A DNA stretch of 64,000 bases, taken from NCBI GenBank assembly GCA_965222575.1, contig OZ244958.1:448001-512000 (forward strand). The letters run 5' to 3'. Of the stretch, positions 51,742 to 61,566 are shown one piece after another. The notes beneath the pieces were generated by a model that saw nothing but the letters and a program-made list of their open reading frames with translations, was not told the origin of the DNA and did not search any database. Position numbers and translations under genes: made by a program. Each line of letters begins with the position of its first letter. The first letter of the stretch is position 1. Source of the DNA: Alphaproteobacteria bacterium. Its GTDB lineage: Bacteria; Pseudomonadota; Alphaproteobacteria; G965222575.

Positions 51742-52713
51742 CTAAATCTCCCCTAACATATCAGGCAAGATAGTTTCTATCTTCGTAAACCGCTTCTTCG
51801 ATAACGCAATGTCTTCTTGTATGCGCTTCTTTAACAACTCTTTGTTGGAAAACTTCTCTTCAGGTCTTAAATATCCTACGAAATACACATCCATTTTCTT
51901 GCCCTGTAACGACGACGCCTCATGGTAATCCAGTAAATGCGCTTCTAATACGGGAGGTTTATCAGACTTCATGGTAGGTGCTTTCCCAAAATTCACAACC
52001 CCCTTGTAAACCTTTTTCCCGCCAGATAACCGTATATAGCTCATATAAACACCAAATGCCGGGTGTATCACTTTCTCTATTGACATGTTCGCCGTTGCAA
52101 CACCTAAGGCTTTCTCACCAAGACCAGACCCTTTCTCTACCAAACCCCTAACACGCCAGTACCTCCCTAACAATAAACTCGCCTCTCTCACCCAACCGCG
52201 AACAATATATTCCCTGATTTTAGAAGATTGACATACCTCTTTCCCAACCCTATAACAAGGCACAACATGACAAGTATCAAAAAACTTCTCTAAAAGTATA
52301 CTGCTCCCTAGCCGATCCTTCCCAAAACGAAAACCCTCTCCTACTACCACACTGCGGCAACCAATCATCTCATGTAAAAATTCACAAAACTCCACAGCAC
52401 TCATACACGACACCGTAGAATCAAACGTCAGATTATACACCTTCTTCACACCAAAAGCCGATAATAATAACAGCTTGTCCTTTTCCGTTGTCAACAGAGA
52501 GGACCCATCCAGTGACCCAAAAAATACACGCGGATGAGGGGAAAAAGTCAACACGCTTAACGGACGTATCGTACTCACATCTAGACCTTTGCGCAATAAC
52601 CACTGGTGCCCTAAATGTACCCCGTCAAAATTCCCAATGGCTATGGTCTCCGCTAGCTTTGTCTTCTTCTTCTCTTCCTTCCCAGACAATTCTATTTTGT
52701 TGTACTCACTCAT
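51742..52713 (-). CDS. ribF: Bifunctional riboflavin kinase / FAD synthetase
   Basis: IGNFDGVHLGHQ, TFSPHP, FRFG, ATAN, EAHLLD, LRPEEKF. Confidence 0.95.
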   Translation of the reverse strand: MSEYNKIELSGKEEKKKTKLAETIAIGNFDGVHLGHQWLLRKGLDVSTIRPLSVLTFSPHPRVFFGSLDGSSLLTTEKDKLLLLSAFGVKKVYNLTFDSTVSCMSAVEFCEFLHEMIGCRSVVVGEGFRFGKDRLGSSILLEKFFDTCHVVPCYRVGKEVCQSSKIREYIVRGWVREASLLLGRYWRVRGLVEKGSGLGEKALGVATANMSIEKVIHPAFGVYMSYIRLSGGKKVYKGVVNFGKAPTMKSDKPPVLEAHLLDYHEASSLQGKKMDVYFVGYLRPEEKFSNKELLKKRIQEDIALSKKRFTKIETILPDMLGEI

Positions 52714-52772
52714 TACTGGTGCCCTAAATGTATTCCATCAAAATTCCCAATGGCTATGGTCTCCCCTAGCTT
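52602..52772. repeat. Direct duplication of the ribF 5' segment (two 58-bp copies, 113 bp apart)
   Basis: 52602-52659 versus 52715-52772, 4 mismatches. Confidence 0.95.
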
Positions 52773-53339
52773 CTTCCTCTTTATTGTACTCATATCATTC
52801 TGGAAAATACTGATTCCTCCTACTCCTTTGACTATGCCGAATTTTAAGACCCGCCGCACTCTACGCACACTTGTGATTCCTCCAAGACCATAAACAGGCA
52901 TAACACTTCTTTTTACCATATTCAAAAAAACATACAACCCTAATCCTCTTACCCCATCATGACTGCGCGTCTCAAACACAGGTGATAAAAAAATTACATC
53001 CGGCAATACAATCTCCCTATGACAACGCAATAAATTCTTCACAGAATGTACCGAACAGGTATAAAGTATGCCCGCTTTCCTCTTGCTAAACATCACAGGG
53101 GGCACTGGTGATAACGATTTTTGGTGATACCCAACACCCCCTAAAGATACCCCGTCAAAAAAAGTGGACAGCAAATAAAACCCTTTATGAGAAAATCTTC
53201 TTCTTAAAAACGATACAGTGGATAAATTCTCTTCTTTATCTCTAAGACGCACAATCAGGCCTATTGACGATGGTAAATTTTCAATCACTCGCTTCGAAGG
53301 CGCCTTTTCTGTATCCGTGAAATAAAAAAATCCGCACAT
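52713..53339 (-). CDS. Thiamine phosphate synthase/TenI-like protein with a RibF-derived C-terminal tail
   Basis: CSVH, FLSPVFETRSH, PVYGLGGI; ends ETIAIGNFDGIHLGHQ. Confidence 0.75.
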   Translation of the reverse strand: MCGFFYFTDTEKAPSKRVIENLPSSIGLIVRLRDKEENLSTVSFLRRRFSHKGFYLLSTFFDGVSLGGVGYHQKSLSPVPPVMFSKRKAGILYTCSVHSVKNLLRCHREIVLPDVIFLSPVFETRSHDGVRGLGLYVFLNMVKRSVMPVYGLGGITSVRRVRRVLKFGIVKGVGGISIFQNDMSTIKRKKLGETIAIGNFDGIHLGHQ

Positions 53340-53342
53340 CTC

Positions 53343-54122
53343 CTATAAACGACACACCACAGGGACATGGTCTGAAGGCTTCTCCCAACCTCGAAGCTCT
53401 TTCTTGACGCTTATCCCCTCCACCCTGTCTGCTAAAGACGGACTCAGTAAAAAATGGTCAATTAAACAGCCCGCATTCCTCTCCCAACACCGACCGCGAT
53501 AAGACCAAAAACTAAAGGGGGGATTCTCTTCTCGTAATAGGAGCGGATTGACATAACCATAGCCTTGAAGTAAACGATAAAACCCTTGCGCATCAGGGTG
53601 CGCCACCGCATCACTTTTCCAAGATTCCCAGTCATGACAACACGCTTTATTCGGAATAATGTTGAAATCTCCACACACAACTACTTCCTCTTCCACTCTC
53701 TCCTCGAACAGCTTACACAGCGCCCGTAACCACAGAAGCTTCTTGGAAAAATTCTCACTCCCAACAGGATTCCCATTCGGAGCATACACATTGCATATCC
53801 GTATCCCCTCTATTTCAGCCTCTATATAACGCGCTTCCCCCTGCTCCGATTCTGCTGCGGCTTCCGGTGACTCCTCTAGCGTCAACCCATAGCGAATATC
53901 ATGAGCCAAAAACTGCGATAAAATCGCAACGCCGTTATACCCTTTTTGACCAAAAATTGCCACGTTATATCCTAATTCCTCCGCTAAAGTGCGCGGAAAC
54001 TCATGGTCTTGACACTTAATCTCCTGTAAACACAAAACCTCCGGTCTTTTCTCCTTCAGCCAACGCTCTAGTATGTGCTGTCGCGACCGAATAGAATTAC
54101 TGTTAAATGTTGCAATCTCCAT
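53343..54122 (-). CDS. xth: Exodeoxyribonuclease III
   Basis: ATFNSNSIR, LQEIK, YNGVA, YAPNG, GDFNI, IDH, PSDHVP. Confidence 0.96.
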   Translation of the reverse strand: MEIATFNSNSIRSRQHILERWLKEKRPEVLCLQEIKCQDHEFPRTLAEELGYNVAIFGQKGYNGVAILSQFLAHDIRYGLTLEESPEAAAESEQGEARYIEAEIEGIRICNVYAPNGNPVGSENFSKKLLWLRALCKLFEERVEEEVVVCGDFNIIPNKACCHDWESWKSDAVAHPDAQGFYRLLQGYGYVNPLLLREENPPFSFWSYRGRCWERNAGCLIDHFLLSPSLADRVEGISVKKELRGWEKPSDHVPVVCRL

Positions 54123-54198
54123 AACCTGTACCCTAGCATATCTTCTCAAAAAAAGATACCATAGGACTGATATTCTTTCAAAAAAACCGTGCCTGTTC

Positions 54199-54906
54199 GT
54201 GATTACCTTCTATGGCTTTTCTTTCCTGCCAGCTTCACGCCTCGTCTTCCTCGCCCTAGAAGAAACCAAGACATCCTATGTCTTAAAGTCTCTTCAACCT
54301 TGGAATCTTCAAAAAGACTTCCTCATCCTAAGCCCTTGGAAAGAAATTCCCGTCATCGTTAAAGGCACTGACATTATCAGAGGAGCTATTCCTATTTGTG
54401 AAGACCTCTTCCCTCCACGTCATGCGCAAGGGGTAGCGGAACTAGCGTTCTTAGAAAACGCCGATACGCCCTCTCTTCTAGGGAAAGGAGGGGGGCAAAC
54501 CGCTGAAATTCGAAACCTCGTCCAGCTCTTTGAAGCCAACATGACACATGCTACAACGCTTCCCATCTTGCAAGAAAAAGCCCTGAATTTTTTCGACCAA
54601 AAAGGCGCCCCTTCGCCACAACGCTTAACCCGCGCAGAAAAAGCACTCCAACTCTATCTCAACCGCATACAAACGCTCTTTGAAGCCTATAACTTCCTCG
54701 CCGGTAACACCCTCTCCCTAGCAGACCTCGCCGCCGCCGCTCACTTCTCCATCTTAGACTACTTTGGCGCAGTCCCTTGGGAAAACTATCCCCTCGCTAA
54801 ACAGTGGTATATGAAAATGAAATCGCGGCCGGCTATGCAAAAAATCCTCTCTTGTTCCCTCCCAGGCTTCTCCCCACCTCCTCATTACGCAACTATGGAT
54901 TTCTAG
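54199..54906 (+). CDS. fzlA: GST-family FtsZ-binding protein FzlA
   Basis: GST fold, SLADLAAAAHFS, WY..KSRP, C-terminal PPHYATMDF, upstream of queG. Confidence 0.78.
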   Translation: MITFYGFSFLPASRLVFLALEETKTSYVLKSLQPWNLQKDFLILSPWKEIPVIVKGTDIIRGAIPICEDLFPPRHAQGVAELAFLENADTPSLLGKGGGQTAEIRNLVQLFEANMTHATTLPILQEKALNFFDQKGAPSPQRLTRAEKALQLYLNRIQTLFEAYNFLAGNTLSLADLAAAAHFSILDYFGAVPWENYPLAKQWYMKMKSRPAMQKILSCSLPGFSPPPHYATMDF

Positions 54907-56054
54907 TGTCCTCCTTCGCCCCTCAACTCGCTCATTATGCAAAATTACAAGGCTTCCATGTCATTGGCTTCTCCAAGCCAACCTTGCCTCAACACATCAC
55001 GCGTAACCTCCAAGTCTTTATAAAATGCGGACACCATGGACAAATGCACTGGATGGAAACCTCTCTTGACAGAAGACTACAGCCTAAACACCTTTGGAGC
55101 GAGGTGAAATCTCTCATCATGCTAGGCATGAACTACGCCCCTGACAAAAACCCCCTCCTGCACAATAATAACCCAAAAATTCCCAATATTTCTGTCTATG
55201 CTAGGGGTGATGACTATCATCTTGTCCTTAAAAAACGACTCAAACGCATTGCTCAATGGATCTGTCATCATACAGACCAACCGCATGTCAAACTCTTCGT
55301 GGATACAGCACCCGTCATGGAAAAACCCCTCGCCGCTCAAGCCGGCTTGGGATGGCAAGGAAAACACACAAACCTCGTGAGCCCATCTTACGGCTCATGG
55401 CTCTTCATCGCCTCTCTCTTTACCTCTCTTGACCTCTCCCTCTTCCAAAACCTACCCCCAACACACAACAAAATCCCCTCCTGTGGTAGCTGTAGAAAAT
55501 GTCTCACTATTTGCCCAACTAACGCTATTATCGCCCCCTACAAAATCGATGCGAGAAAATGTCTCTCCTATCTCACCATTGAACACAAAACCCCCATCCC
55601 TATCCCCCTCAGAAAATCCCTCAAAAACAAAATCTATGGTTGTGATGATTGCTTAGCTGTTTGCCCGTGGAATAAATTTGCTAAAACTTCCAACATCATG
55701 GCTTTTAAGGAAAGACCTTCTCTAAAAAATCTTCCCTTGAAACTGCTCCTCTCCCTTAATGACCAGAGCTTCAGAGCGCTCTTTCGAAAATCCCCCATCA
55801 AGCGAATCGGTGTCCATCGATTCCTAAGAAATGTCCTCATAGCTGCTGGCAACAGCCAACACCCTCCCTTGATTCCTGCTGTCATTACCTTGTTGCGTCA
55901 CCCTCATCCTCTCGTTAGAGGCGCTGCCGTTTGGGCCCTCGGTCAACTCATCGCTCAACAACCCTTTCGAAACATTGCCCAGCTTTATAAAAAACACGAA
56001 CAAGACCACTCTGTCCTCAAAGAATGGCAACACGCCTCTGAACCTCTTACATGA
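54906..56054 (+). CDS. queG: Epoxyqueuosine reductase QueG
   Basis: YARGDDYH, VDTAPVMEK, CxxCxxCxxxCP, GCDDCLAVCPWN; GTG 54906. Confidence 0.96.
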   Translation: MSSFAPQLAHYAKLQGFHVIGFSKPTLPQHITRNLQVFIKCGHHGQMHWMETSLDRRLQPKHLWSEVKSLIMLGMNYAPDKNPLLHNNNPKIPNISVYARGDDYHLVLKKRLKRIAQWICHHTDQPHVKLFVDTAPVMEKPLAAQAGLGWQGKHTNLVSPSYGSWLFIASLFTSLDLSLFQNLPPTHNKIPSCGSCRKCLTICPTNAIIAPYKIDARKCLSYLTIEHKTPIPIPLRKSLKNKIYGCDDCLAVCPWNKFAKTSNIMAFKERPSLKNLPLKLLLSLNDQSFRALFRKSPIKRIGVHRFLRNVLIAAGNSQHPPLIPAVITLLRHPHPLVRGAAVWALGQLIAQQPFRNIAQLYKKHEQDHSVLKEWQHASEPLT

Positions 56055-56758
56055 AGAACACCATCACATTGCAAACAAAGGGCTTAACTTTTCATAATCG
56101 CCTTCTTTTCCCCCCCTTTACCCTTTCCATAAGAACAGGAAAAACTTCTATCTTCATGGGACACAATGGCGCCGGCAAAACTACCCTTCTCAAAGCCATG
56201 GCCGGACTGCCTCATGACTTCCAAGATTTTCGCCTCCTCTTCCCCCCCTCTCTTCCCCACCCCTCCATAGGATATTATCCCCAAAACGCTACCGTTTTTC
56301 CTCATCTTACTGTGAAAATGAATCTCTGTATCGGATACCTCTTACGGGGAGAACCTGTCTCTGAGAAAAAACTGCAGGAGGTCATCACACTCTGTCAACT
56401 GCAATCCCTCGCTTCTCATAATTGCCAAACCCTCTCAGGCGGCGAAGCCAGCAGAGTCGCTATGGGGCGCGTCCTCATGGAAAATCCAGATGTCATTCTC
56501 ATGGATGAACCCTTCAATGCTCTTGATGTCTCTTATAGACTCCTTCTCCAAAAAAAAATCCACACCCTCTTCCCACACAAAACTATCCTCATGGTGACGC
56601 ACTCCATCAATGAAGCAGCCCTCTTAGGACATGATATCTTCTTATTCCAAGCCCCCTTCAAACCAAAAAAATGCCTCACCCAAGATAACTGCGGGCTGCA
56701 TGATAAGAAAATTTTGCAAAATACCTCCCTCTTTCTCCAAAACGCCCTCACCTCCTAA
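56051..56758 (+). CDS. ABC transporter ATPase (NitT/TauT, ThiZ-like)
   Basis: GHNGAGKT, LSGGE, MDEPFNALD, VTHSINEA. Confidence 0.88.
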   Translation: MKNTITLQTKGLTFHNRLLFPPFTLSIRTGKTSIFMGHNGAGKTTLLKAMAGLPHDFQDFRLLFPPSLPHPSIGYYPQNATVFPHLTVKMNLCIGYLLRGEPVSEKKLQEVITLCQLQSLASHNCQTLSGGEASRVAMGRVLMENPDVILMDEPFNALDVSYRLLLQKKIHTLFPHKTILMVTHSINEAALLGHDIFLFQAPFKPKKCLTQDNCGLHDKKILQNTSLFLQNALTS

Positions 56759-56764
56759 CCTCCT

Positions 56765-57544
56765 GTGAAACCCCTGCTTCCTCCTCTCTTGATGATTTGT
56801 ACCTTACTCGCCCTTTGGGAAGGCGCTGTTTTTCTCAGCACTGTGCCACCTTACATTTTACCCCCTCCCTCTGCTATCTTCACCACCTTGTGGCAGCTAA
56901 AATCTCTCCTAGCACTCCATGCTGCTACCACTGCGTTGGAAATCCTCACAGGGTGGATAAGCGGGGCAAGCCTAGGACTTGTCATCGGTACCCTTTTATT
57001 CGCTCACTTGGGTGCTAGAAAAATGCTCATGCCCCTCCTGATTATCTCCCAAGCCCTTCCTGTCTTCGCACTATCCCCTCTCCTTGTCTTGTGGTTGGGA
57101 TTCGGCTTAGCCTCTAAAATCGCCATGGCGACCCTCATGATTTTCTTCCCAGTCTCAACTGCTTGCTTTTATGGATTGCTCTCTATCCCAAAAGATTCAG
57201 AAGACCTGATGATACACCTGAGTACCTCCTCCCCTTTACTCCTCAAAAGAGCCCTGTATGTGCGTATCCCTTTCGCTTTGCCACAGATAAAACAAGGACT
57301 CCTCGCTGCAGCGACCCTTGCTCCTCTTGCTGCTATCATCGCTGAATGGATAGGAAGCGCACACGGACTCGGATACCTCATGATGCATAGCATCGCTAAA
57401 ATGGAAACAACCACAATGATGGCGGCTCTCTTCGTGCTGGTCTCTTTGGCTTTAGCTTTTTACTTGCTTGTTAAAATCTCCTTAAGTATAATGACTTCCA
57501 TTCTGTGCATTGCTCAAAAAAGAATGCAAAATTTTACCACCTGA
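56765..57544 (+). CDS. ABC transporter permease (NitT/TauT, ThiX-like)
   Basis: YILPPP, QALPVFALSPLLVLWLGFG, AEWIG..GLGY. Confidence 0.88.
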   Translation: MKPLLPPLLMICTLLALWEGAVFLSTVPPYILPPPSAIFTTLWQLKSLLALHAATTALEILTGWISGASLGLVIGTLLFAHLGARKMLMPLLIISQALPVFALSPLLVLWLGFGLASKIAMATLMIFFPVSTACFYGLLSIPKDSEDLMIHLSTSSPLLLKRALYVRIPFALPQIKQGLLAAATLAPLAAIIAEWIGSAHGLGYLMMHSIAKMETTTMMAALFVLVSLALAFYLLVKISLSIMTSILCIAQKRMQNFTT

Positions 57545-57553
57545 ACACTTTAC

Positions 57554-58498
57554 ATGAAAAGAATCAACGGGCTTTTTGTTTTCATATGCGCCTTTTGCAC
57601 ATTCAATGCTTATGGCGCACAAAACTTGTCCGTTACCTTAGATTGGTTCATCAATCCAGACCATGCCCCCTTGCTTCTCGCTCAACACTTAGGGCTGTTC
57701 CAAAAACAGGGACTTACCATCACCATCATTCCGCCTGCCGACCCTAATAGCCCCCCAAAATTCGTCGCAGCCGGGAAAACCGATATTGCAATCTCTTATC
57801 AACCACAACTTACCCTCTTCGCTGCTAAAAATATGCCCCTCGTGAGAATCGCAACCCTCATAGCAACCCCACTCACTTGCTTGGTCGTCCTCAAAGAAAG
57901 CGGTATACAAAATCTCTCTCAACTCAAAGGAAAAAAAATCGGCTACTCCGTCGGGGGATTTGACGATATCTTCCTGAATACTATGCTGTCCTCCGCTAAC
58001 CTTTCCGTAAAAGATGTACAAAAAGTCGCTGTCAATTTTGCCCTCTCTTCCTCCCTTGTGTCAAAAAAAGTCCACGCCATAATCGGCGCCTTTCGAAACT
58101 TTGAACTGAATCAACTCACCCTCCTCAACCAGCCCGGAGTGCCTTTCTTCCCAGAAGAATACGGCGTCCCCCCCTATGATGAACTCATCTTCATCGTACA
58201 CACCGATAGACTCTCCGACCCACTCCTTAAAACCTTTGTCACCGTCCTAGAAGACGCCGTGCAGTGGCTCGTCAATTACCCAGAAAAAACTTGGGATATC
58301 CTTATCACCGCTTACCCAGAACTCAACACCCCCCTCAATACAAAAGCCTATCACGATACCATTAGACGATTCGCCCTCAGACCCGCTGCCCTCTCTCATG
58401 CTAGATACCAGCAATTTGCTCAGTTCCTCTTCAACAATAACCTCATCCAACACCTGCCCCCCCTCTCACAGTACGCTCGCGACATCACCAATCAATAA
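57554..58498 (+). CDS. NMT1/THI5 (ThiY-like) substrate-binding protein, putative HMP/thiamine-precursor uptake
   Basis: LDWFINPDHAP, SYQPQ, IGAFRNFE, PEEYGVPPYDELI. Confidence 0.85.
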   Translation: MKRINGLFVFICAFCTFNAYGAQNLSVTLDWFINPDHAPLLLAQHLGLFQKQGLTITIIPPADPNSPPKFVAAGKTDIAISYQPQLTLFAAKNMPLVRIATLIATPLTCLVVLKESGIQNLSQLKGKKIGYSVGGFDDIFLNTMLSSANLSVKDVQKVAVNFALSSSLVSKKVHAIIGAFRNFELNQLTLLNQPGVPFFPEEYGVPPYDELIFIVHTDRLSDPLLKTFVTVLEDAVQWLVNYPEKTWDILITAYPELNTPLNTKAYHDTIRRFALRPAALSHARYQQFAQFLFNNNLIQHLPPLSQYARDITNQ

Positions 58499-58525
58499 AC
58501 CCCCTATAATCCCACACCCCCAATT

Positions 58526-58882
58526 ATGTTTTCTCTTGCTCTCGCCAATACCACTCAATCTTCTCCTTTTATTCAACTCCTCCCCCTAGTTCTTATCTTT
58601 GTGGTCTTTTATTTTCTGCTCATTCGACCTCAAAGACGAAAAATGAAAGACCATCGCTTGATGGTACAAAATCTGAAAGTCGGTGACACCGTCATTACAA
58701 GCGGTGGTATCATCGGGATTATCGTTAAAATGAAAGACACAAAACTCCTCCTCAACACAAACAATATAGAACTCCTACTGGATAAAGGCTCTATTTCCTC
58801 TCTCCTGCCTCTTGAACGTGCGAAAAAACCCAACCCCCCAAAACCACAGAAAACATCCCCCAAATCAAAAAAAAGGAAATGA
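58526..58882 (+). CDS. yajC: Preprotein translocase subunit YajC
   Basis: FYFLLIRPQ, GDTVITSGGIIG. Confidence 0.95.
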   Translation: MFSLALANTTQSSPFIQLLPLVLIFVVFYFLLIRPQRRKMKDHRLMVQNLKVGDTVITSGGIIGIIVKMKDTKLLLNTNNIELLLDKGSISSLLPLERAKKPNPPKPQKTSPKSKKRK

Positions 58883-60426
58883 ATAGCCTCCGATTCTCAA
58901 CAGGCTCTTCTTTCGCCATCCTCTTTCTAACAGTGGCTTGCCTCTTTCTAACGCTTGCAAATGTTCCGTTCCTAGCCTCTAAAGTCCCAATCCTCAAAAA
59001 TAAAGCGTTGCGCCTAGGGCTAGACCTGCAAGGCGGAAGCTATATCGTCTTCCATGTGGATACTTCTACGGCTCTCAACGAAGTCATGGAAAGCCTGTTG
59101 AGTGATATCAGAACCATGCTCGTCTCTGGAAACCTCTCCTATCAGTCCCTTGTCCTCTCAGACCAACAAGTCGTCATTACTCAAAAACAGCACCCCCCCC
59201 AAACCATAGCCAATGCCATTAAAGCAGGACTCTCCACCGGTAGACGCTCCTTTGATATCGTCTCAACAAAAGACCGCGTGACCATTTCCATGAATGACCT
59301 CTCTTTACAGGAATTCCAAAACTCCATGGTCAAACAATCCATTGAAGTCATTAGAAATCGTATCAATGAAACCGGCGTTAATGAACCCCTCATCCAACAA
59401 GCCGGAAAACAACGTATTCTCATCCAACTGCCGGGGATTGATGACCCTGATAGAGTGAAACGTCTCATTGGAAAAACTGCTAAGATGACCTTCCACCTCG
59501 TTGTCTCCCCTAATCAGCCGGGCGGTAAAAAATTATGGGCTTGGGAAGGAACACAACAAAAACCTGTCTGGGTAAAAAGAGCACCAGAAATCACAGGCGA
59601 ACACCTCCTAGATGCCCAAGTGGCTTTCCATGACGGACAACCCGTTGTCAATTTTCGCTTCGATAACTATGGTGGGAAAAATTTCGCCCGTATCACAACG
59701 GAAAATGTCTCTAAAGCCTTTGCTATTGTCCTCGATGGAGTGGTGATTAGTGCCCCTATTATTGAAGAACCTATCCTGCAAGGACAAGGCATGATTAGCG
59801 GCAACTTTGATATCCCCCAAGCCCAAGACCTAGCTGTCCTCCTCCGCGCAGGCGCTCTCCCCGCACCCCTCAATATCCTTGAAGAACGTACCGTTGGACC
59901 CTCCCTAGGACAAGACTCTATCGCCGCCGGAAAAATTGCCTTCCTCCTCGCCTTTGTTACTGTCATTCTCTTTATGATTCTAAGCTACGGCCTCTTCGGC
60001 CTCTTCTCAACTGCCGCTCTCATCATCAATTGCTTCATGATACTAGGACTCCTCTCCGGAATCGGCGCAACCCTCACCTTGCCAGGTATTGCAGGAATCG
60101 TCCTCACCATCGGTATGGCCGTGGATGCCAATGTGCTCATCTTTGAACGATTACGAATAGAAATAAAAAATACAACGCAATCCTTCGAAAAAGCCCTCTT
60201 CAATGCCTATAAACGCGCTACACGTACCATCCTAGACGCCAATATCACTACCGCTATCGCAGCCCTCGCCCTCTACTTCCTCGGCTCAGGTCCCATCAAA
60301 GGCTTTGGCGTCACCCTGGGCATCGGTATCTTCACTAGCGTTTTTTCCGCTGTCTTCTTCTCACGATTGCTCATGAGCTTAGCCTTTCACAAGAGAACCT
60401 CTCCTCCAAAATGGGGCTTGACCTAA
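58879..60426 (+). CDS. secD: Protein translocase subunit SecD
   Basis: LGLDLQGG, RINETGVNEP, RAGALPAP, GMAVDANVLIFER. Confidence 0.98.
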   Translation: MNSLRFSTGSSFAILFLTVACLFLTLANVPFLASKVPILKNKALRLGLDLQGGSYIVFHVDTSTALNEVMESLLSDIRTMLVSGNLSYQSLVLSDQQVVITQKQHPPQTIANAIKAGLSTGRRSFDIVSTKDRVTISMNDLSLQEFQNSMVKQSIEVIRNRINETGVNEPLIQQAGKQRILIQLPGIDDPDRVKRLIGKTAKMTFHLVVSPNQPGGKKLWAWEGTQQKPVWVKRAPEITGEHLLDAQVAFHDGQPVVNFRFDNYGGKNFARITTENVSKAFAIVLDGVVISAPIIEEPILQGQGMISGNFDIPQAQDLAVLLRAGALPAPLNILEERTVGPSLGQDSIAAGKIAFLLAFVTVILFMILSYGLFGLFSTAALIINCFMILGLLSGIGATLTLPGIAGIVLTIGMAVDANVLIFERLRIEIKNTTQSFEKALFNAYKRATRTILDANITTAIAALALYFLGSGPIKGFGVTLGIGIFTSVFSAVFFSRLLMSLAFHKRTSPPKWGLT

Positions 60427-61368
60427 ATGACACGACTTTTTAACCTCGCTACCCGACTCTTTGTCGCTACCAATTTCTCTAAAAACTACAAACTCTTCTT
60501 TATCGCTTCCTCCCTCTTCGTCGGAATCAGTCTCCTTCTCATCACCTTTAGCGGCCTCAATAGAGGCGTTGACTTTCGCGGCGGTACCCTCATGGAAGTC
60601 CGATTCTCTCAACCCCTAACCCCAGACGATGTCTCCTCCCTCAGAACACTCCTCAACCCTACCGCTCCTCATAGCACCCTTCAACAATTCGGTACCCCAG
60701 ATACCATCTTAATGACTTTCTCTATTTCAGAAAACCTCCAACAAACACTCCAAGATATCAAAGTCGCTCTTGCCTCTTTCGACTCCAACATCGATATTCG
60801 ACGCGTCGAAACCGTCGGCCCGCAAATCAGTCGCGAACTCATCCTAAAAGCACTCCTCGCCCTCTCCGTCACTGTGGCTGGTATCTTTTTATACATATGG
60901 ATCCGATTCGAATGGCAGTTCAGCCTCGGGGCTGTCCTCGCTTTAATCCACGATGTCCTCCTAACTATGGGACTCTTCGCTCTTTTCAAAATGGAATTTA
61001 ATGTCTCTTCTGTTGCCGCTCTCCTCACTATCTTAGGCTATTCCATTAATGATACCGTCGTCCTATACGACTGTATCCGCGAAAATGTTTACGGCAAAGA
61101 AGACTATAACCTGCAGACCGTTATCCAAAATTCTGTCCTGCAAACACTCCCTAGAACCCTCATGACCTCTCTCACAACCCTTTTAGCACTCCTGATGCTT
61201 CTCTTCTTCGGTGGACAAATCCTCAAAGGGTTTGCTATCGCTCTCATCTTTGGCGTCATCGTCGGGACTTATTCCTCTATCTTCATCGCCTCAGCTTTGC
61301 TCTTTGTGTTCAAGCTACCCCCTATCGGTATGAAAAAAGAGGATAAGGATGTTGCCCTAACCTCCTAA
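60427..61368 (+). CDS. secF: Protein translocase subunit SecF
   Basis: GVDFRGG, VGP, GYSINDTVV, GTYSSIFIA. Confidence 0.97.
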   Translation: MTRLFNLATRLFVATNFSKNYKLFFIASSLFVGISLLLITFSGLNRGVDFRGGTLMEVRFSQPLTPDDVSSLRTLLNPTAPHSTLQQFGTPDTILMTFSISENLQQTLQDIKVALASFDSNIDIRRVETVGPQISRELILKALLALSVTVAGIFLYIWIRFEWQFSLGAVLALIHDVLLTMGLFALFKMEFNVSSVAALLTILGYSINDTVVLYDCIRENVYGKEDYNLQTVIQNSVLQTLPRTLMTSLTTLLALLMLLFFGGQILKGFAIALIFGVIVGTYSSIFIASALLFVFKLPPIGMKKEDKDVALTS

Positions 61369-61376
61369 CAACAATA

Positions 61377-61553
61377 AGGGCAAAGAAAGGGGGGGCGGAG
61401 AGTAGAAAGCGGCTGGCGTAGGGGAGATGTGTGTGAAGTGTGCGTTTCTTGTTAGGGAAAAGAGGGCAAAGAAAGGGGGGGCGGAGAGTAGAAAGCGGCT
61501 GACGTGCGGGAGATGTAATAGGGGGGAGCGGCGTTTCTTGTTAGGGAAAAGAG
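61377..61553 (+). repeat. Two-copy G-rich tandem repeat (86-89 bp unit) between secF and mpg
   Basis: AGGGCAAAGAAAGGGGGGGCGGAGAGTAGAAAGCGGCTG at 61377 and 61463; GCGTTTCTTGTTAGGGAAAAGAG twice; variable middle. Confidence 0.92.
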
Positions 61554-61566
61554 AGGAAAGGGGACA

